In this document: piece by piece, positions 41,323 through 51,621 of the stretch
Position numbering within the stretch: position 1 is the stretch's first letter
Layout of the letters: each line of letters begins with the position of its first letter
NCBI GenBank assembly: GCA_043821645.1
Contig: JBDRCO010000003.1
Location: 224,001-288,000, forward strand
From: Pseudomonadota bacterium
GTDB lineage: Bacteria; Myxococcota; JACRCW01; JAFGSX01
Direction: 5' to 3'
DNA: 64,000 nt
Made by a program: the position numbers and the translations under genes
The notes under the pieces: model-generated
What the model saw: only the letters and a program-made list of their open reading frames with translations
Database searches by the model: none
What the model was told of the DNA's origin: nothing

Positions 41323-44169
41323 ATGCTGCAGATCCAGGAGCAGGGCAGGGTGAGCACCAGCAACAAGGAGCGCAAGGGGCAGGTCAGCCGGGGCACCCAG
41401 GTGCCGGACAGCAGCGTGGTGCAGGCACGCGGCTCGGCGCTGACCGTGCCCAGGCGATGGGTTGCCCAGGGCCAGGATCCCTACTCCATGGTCGAATGGG
41501 AGCAGCGCTCGGCCCGCCTGAGCGACAGTGATGGCAAGGTCATCTTCGAGCAGGAGGGTATCGATGTGCCCGTGGCCTGGTCGCAGACCGCCACCAACAT
41601 CGTGGTGCAGAAGTACTTCCGGGGAGCTATCGGCAGCCCGCAGCGCGAGAACAGCGTGCGCCAGCTGGTGGGGCGGGTTGTCGACACCATCACGCGCTGG
41701 GGTCGCGTGGGCGGCTACTTTGCCAGTGACGAGGACGCGCTGAGCTTCCACGACGAACTCGCGCACCTGCTGGTGACCCAGCGCGCATCCTTCAACTCAC
41801 CGGTGTGGTTCAACGTCGGTGTCGAGGAGCACCCGCAATGCTCCGCCTGCTTCATCAACAGCGTGCAGGATTCGATGAGCTCCATCCTCACGCTGGCACA
41901 CACCGAGGGCATGCTTTTCAAGTACGGGAGCGGCACCGGGAGCAATCTATCCTCGCTGCGCTCGTCGCGTGAGCAGCTCGTGGGCGGTGGTCTGGCGTCG
42001 GGACCGGTATCCTTCATGCGCGGCTTCGATGCCTTCGCCGGGGTCATCAAGAGCGGTGGCAAGACCCGGCGCGCCGCCAAGATGGTGATCCTCAACGCCG
42101 ACCACCCGGATGTCCGCGACTTTGCCACCTGCAAGGCGCGCGAAGAGCGCAAGGCCTGGGCACTGATCGACGCCGGTTATGACGGCTCTTTTGGTGGCGA
42201 GGCCTACGCCAGTGTGTTCTTTCAAAACGCCAATCACTCGGTGCGGGTCACCGATGCGTTCATGGAAGCCGTGACCGACGACGCGGACTGGGACACCCAT
42301 GCGGTGGTCGACGGCAGGCCTGTCGAGACCTTCAAGGCGCGCGCCCTGTGGCGCGAGATCATCGAGGCGGCCCACCAGTGTGGCGACCCCGGCCTGCAGT
42401 TCGACACCACCATCAACCTCTGGCACACCTGCAAGACCTCGGGGCGCATCAACGCCAGCAACCCCTGCTCCGAGTACATGTTCCTGGACGACTCGGCCTG
42501 TAACCTGGCCTCGCTCAACCTGATGAAGTTCCGCAACGCGAGCGGAGAGTTCGACGCCGAAGGCTTCCGTCACGCGGTGAGCCTGTTCATCCTGGCGCAG
42601 GAGATCCTGTGCGAGAACGCCAGCTACCCGACACCGGCCATTGGCCGCAACAGCCACGACTACAGGCCACTGGGGTTGGGCTTCGCCAACCTGGGGGCGC
42701 TGCTGATGGCCCAGGGCTTGCCCTATGACTCCGACGGTGGCCGCGCCCAGGCCGCTGCCATCACCGCCCTGATGACGGGCCAGTCCTACGCCACCAGCGC
42801 AGAGCTGGCGCGGGCCCGGGGTCCCTTTGCGATGTTCGTCAAGAACCGCAAGCCCTTCATCGAGGTCGTGCGCATGCACCGGCACGCGGTCGAGGGCATC
42901 GACGTGGCTCATGTGCCCGCTCCCCTGCTGTCGGCGGCGCGTCGGGCCTGGGACGAGGCGGTCGAGGGCGGCGAGGCTCATGGGCTGCGCAATTCTCAGG
43001 TCACGGTGCTGGCGCCCACCGGCACCATCGGCTTCATGATGGACTGCGACACCACCGGCATCGAACCCGACATCGCGCTGGTCAAGTACAAGAAGCTGGT
43101 GGGCGGCGGACAGCTCAAGATCGTCAACCACAGCATCCCCGAGACCCTGCAGCGCCTGGGCTATGACGCCGAGACCTGCGGCCGCATCCTCGCCTTTGTC
43201 GAGGAGAGCGGCACGGTCGAGGGCTGCCCGGAGCTCCAGGCCGAGCACCTGCCCGCGTTCGACTGCGCTTTCCGGCCCGCCAAGGGGACGCGCAGCATCG
43301 AGCCGCTGGGTCACGTGCGCATGATGGGGGCGGTGCAGCCCTTCCTGTCTGGCGCCATTTCCAAGACCGTCAACCTGCCCAACGACGCCACCATCGAGAG
43401 CATCGGCGAGATCTACCAGCAGGCCTGGAGACTGGGTCTCAAGTCCATCGCCATCTACCGCGATGGATCCAAGCGCATGCAGCCCGTATCCACCGGCAAG
43501 GACGAGAAGAAGGTCGTCGCCCCGGCCGCCGTCCACGACGAGAACGTGTTCAAGGCCTTGCGCCAGCGCCTGCCCGACGAGCGGCTGGCGGTGACCCACA
43601 AGTTCTCCATCGGCGGTCACGAGGGCTACATGACCGTGGGCCTGTACGAGAGCGGCAACCCGGGTGAGCTCTTCGTCACCATGAGCAAGGAAGGTTCGAC
43701 CATCTCCGGCTTCATGGATGGCTTCGCCACCGCCGTGTCGCTGGCCCTGCAATACGGCGTGCCGCTCAAGGTCCTGATCGACAAGTTCAGCCATGCCCGC
43801 TTCGAGCCCTCGGGCTTCACGGGCAATCCGCACATCCCCTTTGCCAAGAGCATCACCGACTACATCTTCAGGTGGATGGGGCTCAAGTTCCTGCCTCCGG
43901 GGGAGCGGCCCTTTGACCCCACACAGGGGCAGGGTGACCTGTTCGCCAGCCCACCCGAGGACAGCGACCTGGCCGAGGAGAAGAAGAAGAGGCGCGAGAG
44001 CGACACGAGCTTCAAGCCCGACGCCATGGCCGCCCTGCACAAGCGCGAGGAAGAGATCTTCGCCACCCAGGCCGATGCGCCACCGTGCTCCGAGTGTGGT
44101 TCGATCATGGTGCGCTCGGGCGCTTGCTACAAGTGCCTCAACTGCGGCTCGTCGTCGGGTTGCAGCTGA
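41323..44169 (+). CDS. nrdJ: Vitamin B12-dependent (class II) ribonucleotide reductase with C-terminal TSCPD/Zn-ribbon region
   Basis: FNSPVWFN, QCSACFI, GGKTRRAAKM, ASNPCSEY, ACNLASLNL, APTGTI, GAISKTVN, YRDGSK, C-terminal CSECG...CLNCGSSSGCS; no intein seen. Confidence 0.96.
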   Translation: MLQIQEQGRVSTSNKERKGQVSRGTQVPDSSVVQARGSALTVPRRWVAQGQDPYSMVEWEQRSARLSDSDGKVIFEQEGIDVPVAWSQTATNIVVQKYFRGAIGSPQRENSVRQLVGRVVDTITRWGRVGGYFASDEDALSFHDELAHLLVTQRASFNSPVWFNVGVEEHPQCSACFINSVQDSMSSILTLAHTEGMLFKYGSGTGSNLSSLRSSREQLVGGGLASGPVSFMRGFDAFAGVIKSGGKTRRAAKMVILNADHPDVRDFATCKAREERKAWALIDAGYDGSFGGEAYASVFFQNANHSVRVTDAFMEAVTDDADWDTHAVVDGRPVETFKARALWREIIEAAHQCGDPGLQFDTTINLWHTCKTSGRINASNPCSEYMFLDDSACNLASLNLMKFRNASGEFDAEGFRHAVSLFILAQEILCENASYPTPAIGRNSHDYRPLGLGFANLGALLMAQGLPYDSDGGRAQAAAITALMTGQSYATSAELARARGPFAMFVKNRKPFIEVVRMHRHAVEGIDVAHVPAPLLSAARRAWDEAVEGGEAHGLRNSQVTVLAPTGTIGFMMDCDTTGIEPDIALVKYKKLVGGGQLKIVNHSIPETLQRLGYDAETCGRILAFVEESGTVEGCPELQAEHLPAFDCAFRPAKGTRSIEPLGHVRMMGAVQPFLSGAISKTVNLPNDATIESIGEIYQQAWRLGLKSIAIYRDGSKRMQPVSTGKDEKKVVAPAAVHDENVFKALRQRLPDERLAVTHKFSIGGHEGYMTVGLYESGNPGELFVTMSKEGSTISGFMDGFATAVSLALQYGVPLKVLIDKFSHARFEPSGFTGNPHIPFAKSITDYIFRWMGLKFLPPGERPFDPTQGQGDLFASPPEDSDLAEEKKKRRESDTSFKPDAMAALHKREEEIFATQADAPPCSECGSIMVRSGACYKCLNCGSSSGCS

Positions 44170-44313
44170 GATCGCGCTGGTATCTTTCGGCTCATTTCCC
44201 CACTCCATCCGTGGCATAACGAACTGTGTTCTCGCTCGCCCACGCGTCGTGGCTGGCCAGGCTGGCTGCGCGCTGCCAGAAACGAGCGCCCTTGACACCC
44301 GGGGTTTGGGAGT

Positions 44314-45870
44314 GTGATGCCCATGCTGAGAAAGCTCTCACCGTTCTTGTTCCTGACTGTCGTCCTTGGGGTCGGCTGCTTGCCGGTGACGAACCAGGAC
44401 GCCGGGGTCGAGGCCGGCCACGACGCCGGCACCCTGGCGCCGGTCTGGATTCACATTTTTCACACCGCCGACGAGCACGGCTGGCTGCAGCCCAGCGTGA
44501 GCAGCGACGGCGTGTACATCGCGGGCGGGGTCGCCAATCTCGTCGCCACCTGGAGGGATTCCTTTGGATTCGATCCCTCGCGCGATCTGCTGCTCAGCGG
44601 CGGCGACAACTGGGTTGGCTCGGCCATCTCCACCTGGTTTGACGGTGAACCCGCCGTCGCGGCCCTCAATGCCATGGGCTACCGGGCCTCCGCGGCCGGC
44701 AACCACGAGTTCGACAAGGGGACCGAACTTTTTTCCGCGCGCAGTGCCCAGGCTGCCTACCCCTACCTGGGAGCCAACGTGCTCCAGCGCAGCAGCGGCC
44801 AGATCCCGGATTTCCTGCAGCCCTGGGTGCTGCTCGAAAGCAGCGGCGTGCGAGTCGGTGTCCTGGGTCTGGCACTCCAGAACACAGCCACGGCGGTCAA
44901 CCCCATCCAGGTCGCCGACCTGGAGTTCATCGACCCGGTCGAGACCGTCGACAGGGTGGTCCCGGACCTCCGCGCCGCCGGAGCCCAGGTCGTGGTGCTG
45001 CTGACCCACGAGTGCAGCAGCCGCGTCGCCGAAATCCTGGGCGCCATCAACGTCAAGGTGGACCTGGCCTTCGCGGCTCACTGCCACCAGCTCGATATCG
45101 CCGAGTTTCAGGGCATCCCCATCGTTTCGAGTGGACGTTTCTGGCGGGCCTTCAGCGTGTCGCACCTGCGCGTCGATACCGCCAGCGGCGAGGTCCTCGA
45201 AAGGCGCGTCTCGACCGGTGAACTGGTCTTCACGAGCGATTCGCCCAATCCGGTCGAGCCCGATCCGGGATTGTCCAGCCTTGTCGAGGGCTGGCAGCAG
45301 CAGCTTGACGACGTGCTTGCCGAGCAGGTCGGCTACACGACCAGCGGCATCGCCCAGGGCAGCGCGACGCAGACAAACTGGGTCACCGATGCCTGGCGCT
45401 GGGCGTTCCCGCAGGCGCAGGTCGCCTTGCAGAACGTCGGTGGCCTGCGGCAGGCCCTGGCACCCGGTCCCATCACCCGGGCCGACATCGTTGGCATGAT
45501 GCCCTTCGACAACCTCATCTACGAGGTCCGCATCACGGGTGCCGAGCTGCAACAGAATCTGCTTGCTGGCCTGGCCTATTCCGCGAGTGCGCGCCCCGCC
45601 GTCTCGGGCCTGAGCTACGCGCAGAACGGCGACCAGCTCGACGTCACCCTGGATTCGGGAGCCGCCCTCGACCCCGTGGCCAGCTACCGCGTGCTGGTCA
45701 ATGACTTCATGTACAACGGTGGCGGCGGATACCTGTTTGCCACCCAGGACCCCGATCCCCTCGACACTGCACAGAACTATCGACAGCCACTGCTCGACTG
45801 GTGCCTGGCGCACCCCAGCGATGCGGCCTCGCCGGTGGAGAGCCACCTCGACCCGGTGCCTCGGGGATAG
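44314..45870 (+). CDS. Bifunctional metallophosphatase/5'-nucleotidase lipoprotein
   Basis: Lipobox GVGC; HTADEHG, GGDNW, GNHEFD, THE, AHCH, NVGGLR, MPFDN. Confidence 0.88.
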   Translation: MMPMLRKLSPFLFLTVVLGVGCLPVTNQDAGVEAGHDAGTLAPVWIHIFHTADEHGWLQPSVSSDGVYIAGGVANLVATWRDSFGFDPSRDLLLSGGDNWVGSAISTWFDGEPAVAALNAMGYRASAAGNHEFDKGTELFSARSAQAAYPYLGANVLQRSSGQIPDFLQPWVLLESSGVRVGVLGLALQNTATAVNPIQVADLEFIDPVETVDRVVPDLRAAGAQVVVLLTHECSSRVAEILGAINVKVDLAFAAHCHQLDIAEFQGIPIVSSGRFWRAFSVSHLRVDTASGEVLERRVSTGELVFTSDSPNPVEPDPGLSSLVEGWQQQLDDVLAEQVGYTTSGIAQGSATQTNWVTDAWRWAFPQAQVALQNVGGLRQALAPGPITRADIVGMMPFDNLIYEVRITGAELQQNLLAGLAYSASARPAVSGLSYAQNGDQLDVTLDSGAALDPVASYRVLVNDFMYNGGGGYLFATQDPDPLDTAQNYRQPLLDWCLAHPSDAASPVESHLDPVPRG

Positions 45871-46119
45871 AGCCCGGCCAGCGCGCGAATCGTGGAGCCG
45901 ATGGCGGTTCTCTCCGCCGCTACAGAGGCGGCGGGTGCCTGGGGGATTCTTGATCGCCTGCGCGGCGAGGTGGTATGACAGCACGCACGGCGGTCGTTGT
46001 TGAAGGGGTGGCAGAGGTACTGGAGAACAGGTTCTGAGGGCTGGGGCCGACGTCAAGAACGCGGGAGTGAGGACGCAGCACAACGAATGCCTGCGCGTCT
46101 CTCGACTCCGGGAAACCAG

Positions 46120-46707
46120 ATGAACAAGAGCACGATTCTCATTGTGGTCGCATTTCTTCTCGCCCTGGCTTCACTGGGGGCGGCCTACATGTACAGGACC
46201 TCGCGCAGTGAGCTCCTCGCGCAGGTGCAGCACAACGCAGAGCAGCTGGAGACCGCGCAGCAACAGCTCAAGGCAGCCAGCGAGAAGAATGCGGAGAATG
46301 AAAAGGCGCTGCTGGCGACGACAGAGAAGATGCAGAACATGTCAAAGGAACTCCAAACGGCCAACCAGTTCATCGAGGAGCAAAAAGAGAAAAACAGGGT
46401 CCACATCGCTCGTTGTGAGCTCAAGACCATCGCCAAGACCCTGGCGAAGGTGAAGAACTTGAGTGAAAGAAACCCTGGCAGATACGAGCTGACCGATATC
46501 CTGAACTTCATCGCCCACGGCACGCCGGCCCAGGGCGAGGATGGTGCACGCAAGGATATCGTGTACCAGGGCTCCTGTTTCATCCCGCCTGGAACGGTGA
46601 CGAAGATCAATGAGATACCGATAGAGAACGCAGACGACATTGCCAAGAGCATGAAATCTGCCGAGGAAATCGTCATCCAGGTGGAGACGCCACAGGAGAA
46701 TGGCTGA
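46120..46707 (+). CDS. Hypothetical membrane-anchored coiled-coil protein, possible degenerate PDZ-like C-terminus
   Basis: N-terminal TM, Gln/Glu/Lys coiled coil, GTVTKINEIPIENADDI; visibly more A-rich than flanking genes. Confidence 0.6.
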   Translation: MNKSTILIVVAFLLALASLGAAYMYRTSRSELLAQVQHNAEQLETAQQQLKAASEKNAENEKALLATTEKMQNMSKELQTANQFIEEQKEKNRVHIARCELKTIAKTLAKVKNLSERNPGRYELTDILNFIAHGTPAQGEDGARKDIVYQGSCFIPPGTVTKINEIPIENADDIAKSMKSAEEIVIQVETPQENG

Positions 46708-47026
46708 ACCTAAAGCTGATCCATTGTTCTTTTAAGCACTCGAAGCAAAGCCAGCCTCAGCGCGGGAATCACTGCGAAGACCCCTGGACCGAACTCCTGC
46801 GCGTTGCTCGGCATGTGATACGAAAGCGCTTTGATTCGACCCTGTTTTGGGGCCCCGCCTTCACCGCCGCGTCTTTTCCTGCTGCAGGGTCCCGCACCCT
46901 GGAATCAAAGAGTGCCGACCTTGGGCTCGTCAGTCACCTGGGATCTTGATGCCCAGGCTCCGCATCGTTGCGGATGGTGCGGGGCCAGTCGTCGCCGCGA
47001 TGGGGTGCGACGGCCGAAGGAATCGT

Positions 47027-47470
47027 CTACTCAAGACCCGCCGCGGCGATCTCGGCAGCGAAGGCCTTGCCGAGCTCGCTGTCGAGCTCGTGCGTGCAGG
47101 TAGCCAGAAAGACCTCGTCGCTGTCCTGGAAGGCACGCTCCATGCGCTCGGCGGCGCGCTGCACCTTGGAGGCGGTGGGTGCGGGGTCCAGCCGGGCCTT
47201 CTCGGCGGCGACCACCAGCTGGTTGCGGAAGAACAGGCAGCGGGCGTGGCTGGCGGCCAGCTCCTCGCTGCCACAGACCAGGGCGCGGTCGGCGCGGGTC
47301 TCGTCGAGCATCTGCAACAGCTGGGCGGCGGGCATCACGCCGGGCCCGGTGGCGTCACCGAGCTTGCGGTAGTGCCCGGCGTAGACCGCGATTGAGGTGC
47401 AGGCGCCCAGGGTCGCGACGGCGGCGGCACTCGCCAGCAGCGCCAGGGGTCTGCACCACCGCGGGCTCAT
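47027..47470 (-). CDS. Hypothetical lipoprotein (last gene of the LpoB operon)
   Basis: MSPRWCRPLALLASAAAVATLGAC lipobox; ATGA overlap with the upstream gene. Confidence 0.65.
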   Translation of the reverse strand: MSPRWCRPLALLASAAAVATLGACTSIAVYAGHYRKLGDATGPGVMPAAQLLQMLDETRADRALVCGSEELAASHARCLFFRNQLVVAAEKARLDPAPTASKVQRAAERMERAFQDSDEVFLATCTHELDSELGKAFAAEIAAAGLE

Positions 47471-49179
47471 GCACCACCCTCGCCCGGTCGTGCCAGGGCT
47501 GCGGCGGCCGCGGGTGCCAGCAGCAACTCGCCGGACTCGAACAGGTTGTGCACGTAGCGATCGTCGGCGCTGGGGTTGACCGCGGCGCCGGCGAGCCAGG
47601 CGGCGCCGGCCACGACGGCGCCTAGCACGGCGATGGACAGCACCACCAGGCCGATGACGACGCACAGCTCGCCGTCTCCGCCACTGCAGCCGCCAAGGAT
47701 CTCGGCGCCGAGCTGGAACAGGATCCAGGCGGTCCAGGCGGTGACCGCACTGACGTTCTCGGCGCCGGACTTGAACTGGGCGCGGCCGGCCAGCACCCGC
47801 TCGAAGCGCCGGCCCACCACCGAGGTGGCCTGGTACGAGGAGGACCACAGCTCCACACCGGCCAGCTGCTGCGGGGTGGTCTGTGCCGGGGCCTGCCCCG
47901 GGCGGCACAGTACCGCGATCAGCCCGTTGTCCGGGGTCGAGTGCAGCCCACAGCCGGGCAGCGGCAGGGTGACAGGGCGGCGGCGGATCTCGGCGGCGAC
48001 GCTGCCGTCCTCGCCGGGACGGATCACCGCCACTTCGCTGTACTCGCCCTCCTGCTCGACAGTGGGGCCCTTGCCGCTGAAGCGCAGCACCACCACGTCG
48101 CGCAGCAGCTCGGCCTCGATCTGTGCCACCAGCGCGTCGGCGTCGCCGAGCGCCCGGGTCAATCGCTGCGCCGGGTGCTCGTCACCGCCTGGGTGGGTCA
48201 GCACCACCCGCATCGCCGCGTCCAGGCGCATGAGTTCGGGCAGCAGCAAGGTCTCGGCCTGGGCGAGGATCCGATCCGGCGTGCCGTAGCCCGGTGCCAG
48301 CCGCTCCACCCGCTCCAGCAGGGCCTGCACCTGCTCGTTCTGCAGCGCCTCGTCGAGGGTACCCAGGTAGCGCTGGGCCTCCTCGGCGGCTGCTCGCACC
48401 AGGTCCTCGCTGCTGCGCGCCTGGGGCCGATTGATCAGTACTGCCGGCAGCGCTTGCTCGAACAACAACGCGGCCAGTCGGGTGGCGATTGACTCGCCAC
48501 GTGGCAGCGCCAGCTGGGCGCGGTGCAGCAGGTCGAGGGCGGGCTCCAGGCCCAGCATCAGCCGGGTCGACAGCAGCAAGCCGGTGCGCGCCCGCTCGAC
48601 GTCGGTCGCCGCGCCCTTGCTCTGCTGAGCGCAGCGCAGCAGCAGGGCGTAGACCAGCGGCGCGTCGGTGCCAAACGGGAACGGCTGCCAGCGGGCGTCG
48701 AGGAACTCGGCCGAGCGCAGCGTCGGCACGGCCATGTCGCAGCGCCCCTGGGCCATGTCCAGCAGGGCCAGCAGGGTGGTCGACAGCACCCGCTCGTGCG
48801 GCCGGCCGCGGTAGGGCTTGTCGGCGTCGGCGCTGAAGGCGACGTTGAGGTTGGCCGGGTCGCTGAGGTCCTCGAAGCTGGCGTGGGCAGCCTCGAGCAG
48901 GGCACGGGCGTCGTCCTGCGCCGCCGCCGCGGGCAGGGCGCTCCGTAGTAGGGTGTAGCTCTGCTCCAGCGCCAGCAGGGTGGCGTTGGTCGGATCCTCC
49001 TGCATGCGCTGCTCGATCTCGGCGCGCTCGCTGCGCACACCGCGCCGGCTGCGCTCGAGCAGGTTCTGGGTGCTGTGCGGACAGCCGACGACGACGAGCT
49101 GGGCCGTCAGCAGGCCGAGCAGCGCCGCTTTTACCAGGGTCCCCGGCAGGGTGGGGGGCCGTCGCATCGATCGGGCCAT
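47467..49179 (-). CDS. COG3014-like TPR lipoprotein with C-terminal hydrophobic hairpin
   Basis: Lipobox VVVGC, YRGRPHERVL motif, helical repeats, hydrophobic hairpin followed by ADDRY; located in an lpoB operon. Confidence 0.6.
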   Translation of the reverse strand: MARSMRRPPTLPGTLVKAALLGLLTAQLVVVGCPHSTQNLLERSRRGVRSERAEIEQRMQEDPTNATLLALEQSYTLLRSALPAAAAQDDARALLEAAHASFEDLSDPANLNVAFSADADKPYRGRPHERVLSTTLLALLDMAQGRCDMAVPTLRSAEFLDARWQPFPFGTDAPLVYALLLRCAQQSKGAATDVERARTGLLLSTRLMLGLEPALDLLHRAQLALPRGESIATRLAALLFEQALPAVLINRPQARSSEDLVRAAAEEAQRYLGTLDEALQNEQVQALLERVERLAPGYGTPDRILAQAETLLLPELMRLDAAMRVVLTHPGGDEHPAQRLTRALGDADALVAQIEAELLRDVVVLRFSGKGPTVEQEGEYSEVAVIRPGEDGSVAAEIRRRPVTLPLPGCGLHSTPDNGLIAVLCRPGQAPAQTTPQQLAGVELWSSSYQATSVVGRRFERVLAGRAQFKSGAENVSAVTAWTAWILFQLGAEILGGCSGGDGELCVVIGLVVLSIAVLGAVVAGAAWLAGAAVNPSADDRYVHNLFESGELLLAPAAAAALARPGEGGA

Positions 49180-49185
49180 GGCCCC

Positions 49186-49893
49186 CTACGGCTGCTGCGC
49201 CAGGCGCTGAAGGCTCTGCATCACCAGAGAGTGGACCAGCGGCCGTAGCGACACCGCGCCGACGTTGGGCCGGCTGGCCAGCGCCAGCAGCGCGCCGTCC
49301 GAGGTGCGGATCACCCGGCCGACATACAGCGCACCGGCCAGGCCCTCGCCGGTCTGCAGCGAGATCAGCAGCTCAACTCCCGAGGGGGTGAGCTGGTTGA
49401 AGCTGGCCACGCTGTTGCTGTCGGCGGCGTTCTGCTCGGCCGCCATGATCTTGGCGGCGTCGGCCATGCTCACCTCCTTGAGGGTGATGCCGGCGTCGAG
49501 CAGGGCGGCGACCGTCGTCTGCAGCATCTCAGCCTCGGCGGCTGGGGTGGGCCGCACCGCCCAGGGCCGCGAGGCCTCGGGGACCACCCGGGTCTGGTCG
49601 TAGGGGATGCCGGCGATCTGACCGCTGGTGTAGGCCGCGCCCGCGGGCCGGGCCAGGGGCAGCTGGTAGTAGGCACCGATGACGCCGAAGCTGGGCTTGC
49701 CGGCGCGCTCGTTGAGCTGCCGCAGGCTGTCCACGGAGATGCCGTCCGGGGCCGCGATCACCTCATGCTTGGCGATGGTCGGGGCGACCGGCTTGCGGGA
49801 CTGCTCGTCGGGCAGGGGCGCGGTCTGCACCCGGCCCGGACCACAGGCCACGGCGCCGAGCATCACGATCAGAAGGCTCGCTCGCAGGAACAT
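49186..49893 (-). CDS. Hypothetical lipoprotein (possibly CsgG/TolB-N-like fold)
   Basis: Lipobox GAVAC; C-terminal GVELLISL...RVIRTSDGALLA pattern. Confidence 0.55.
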   Translation of the reverse strand: MFLRASLLIVMLGAVACGPGRVQTAPLPDEQSRKPVAPTIAKHEVIAAPDGISVDSLRQLNERAGKPSFGVIGAYYQLPLARPAGAAYTSGQIAGIPYDQTRVVPEASRPWAVRPTPAAEAEMLQTTVAALLDAGITLKEVSMADAAKIMAAEQNAADSNSVASFNQLTPSGVELLISLQTGEGLAGALYVGRVIRTSDGALLALASRPNVGAVSLRPLVHSLVMQSLQRLAQQP

Positions 49894-49983
49894 GGCAACC
49901 TCATGCGGGGGGCGCGCCCCCTTGTCTCACCGTCAACCACCGGGCCGCCAGGCGACGACCTCGCTCCGACACCGCGCCGCGCC

Positions 49984-50391
49984 TCAGCGCTGCCGCAACA
50001 GCAGCCGCACCTTGGCGCCGGGCTGGTACACCCCGGGCATGTCCCAGACGGTCTCCTGGCGCGGCTCGAGGGGCACGTCCTGGTAGTTGGTCATGTCCAG
50101 CCGGGCGCCGTTGGCGTCGAGGATCTCGATGGCGATCTGCGCCGCCACCGTGGCACCGGTGCGGTTGTGCAGGGTGACCTCGATGCGGCCGCCGTCGCGC
50201 TGCTCGATGTCGACCCGCAGGACCTCGATCTCAGCGCAGACCGTGCCGCGCGGGCAGTGCACCTCGCCCCACTCGAAGTTCTGGGTCACCGGATTGTCGA
50301 CGGCCTGCTCGATGCTGGTGCGGGCGTAGCGCGCCTGGGCGCAGCCCAGCATGGTCGCTGCCACGAACAGAGAGCCAAGGATTCTCAACAT
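49984..50391 (-). CDS. YcfL/DUF1425-like lipoprotein
   Basis: Lipobox TMLGC; beta-rich VTLHNRT...EILDANGARL...VPLEPRQE; adjacent to lpoB. Confidence 0.6.
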   Translation of the reverse strand: MLRILGSLFVAATMLGCAQARYARTSIEQAVDNPVTQNFEWGEVHCPRGTVCAEIEVLRVDIEQRDGGRIEVTLHNRTGATVAAQIAIEILDANGARLDMTNYQDVPLEPRQETVWDMPGVYQPGAKVRLLLRQR

Positions 50392-50408
50392 GAATGGACC
50401 CCGTGCGG

Positions 50409-51029
50409 TTACTGGTAGACGACGCCCGTCGAGCCGGCCTTCTTGGTCTCGTAGTCGCCGACCCACAGGATGCCGCCGGTCTCGGCCTCGATGAGCTGGA
50501 AGGTGTAGACGATGTAGTCGCTGTTGCCCTCGCGAGTGGCCTTGGACAGCGCGCGCATCTCGCCCTTGAGCAGGTAGTCGGCGCCGGCCATGGCGGCGGT
50601 GCTATTGCCCGTGTCGTACATGCCGGCGCGTTTCTTCTCGCGCTCGGCTATCACCTCCTGCTCGCTGTCGCGGGCCAGGAACATGAAGCGCCCGCGGGCG
50701 TTGTTGACCAGCTCCTTGACCAGCTTGTTCTGCAGCAGCTTGGGATCGACCCGGAACCGGGTCTGGTTGTCGATCGGCAGTACAGCGATGCGCGGCGTGG
50801 CGCCGCCCTCGGGCCAGCGGATGCCGGCGATCTCCCGCGACATGCGCTCGGCGATGGTGCGGATGTCACCGGACTCGGTGCCGGTGCCGCCCAGCGCGTC
50901 GTCCGCATCGGGGTCCAGGACCTTGGTCTTGCCCTGGGAGGTGGTGTAGCAGGCGGTCGAGGACAGCAGCAGTGCGCCGATCGTGGCGGCACTGGCCATC
51001 CAGGGGATACGGTGGATCCGGGTGCGCAT
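50409..51029 (-). CDS. lpoB: Penicillin-binding protein activator LpoB-family lipoprotein
   Basis: Lipobox STAC; DIRTIAERM, IAVLPIDNQT, GADYLLKGEM, FQLIEAETGGILW. Confidence 0.75.
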   Translation of the reverse strand: MRTRIHRIPWMASAATIGALLLSSTACYTTSQGKTKVLDPDADDALGGTGTESGDIRTIAERMSREIAGIRWPEGGATPRIAVLPIDNQTRFRVDPKLLQNKLVKELVNNARGRFMFLARDSEQEVIAEREKKRAGMYDTGNSTAAMAGADYLLKGEMRALSKATREGNSDYIVYTFQLIEAETGGILWVGDYETKKAGSTGVVYQ

Positions 51030-51080
51030 GAACCACTCCTCGCGTCATGTGTCTGCCAGACGCCTTGGGGCGATGGTTAT

Positions 51081-51545
51081 TCAAGATGTCGGCAGTGACA
51101 AGCGTGCTCGGACCGGATCTCTCCGAGATCGTTGACGTGGCGAGAAACACTCCAGAAGCTTTTCGGTCAGCAGGCGGTGCTCGCCGTCGCTGATCGCCCG
51201 CGATGCCAGCAGGCCAAGAAAGGCGCGCTCGGGGTCGCGATTGAACGCGAACTTCTGCAGCTTGGTGCCGCGGGCAAGCACCCAGCTGCCGAAGAACATC
51301 GCCTTCGCAGCGTCTCGTAGTGTCCACGGTCCGCCGGGATCTGGCAGGTCCGCGTTCGGCCACAGGCCCATGGTGTAGAAGTGAGGGGCTTTCTGCCAGG
51401 CATCCCCAGCCGAGCTTGAAGCCCACGCGCTTGGCAAAGATGTCGTCGGTGTACTGGTGCACGCGCTGGAAAATGAGATGGTCGAGAACGAACCAGCTGA
51501 ACACCAGGCGGAGCGTCGGCAGGGTCTGCTCGGCGACGACTCTCG
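51081..51545 (-). pseudogene. Frameshifted gene remnant of unknown function
   Basis: Coding-like frame VVAEQTLPTLRLVFSWFVLDHLIFQRVHQYTDDIFAKRVGFKLGW switches near 51405 (GGGG run) to DAWQKAPHFYTMGLWPNADLPDPGGPW...; no good start codon. Confidence 0.4.
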
Positions 51546-51621
51546 CAAGACAGGGAGGCCGCGCCGTCGACCGGCGTGTTGACCCTGAACTGCGGACGCT
51601 GCTAGCCTCCCTCGCACCCCG

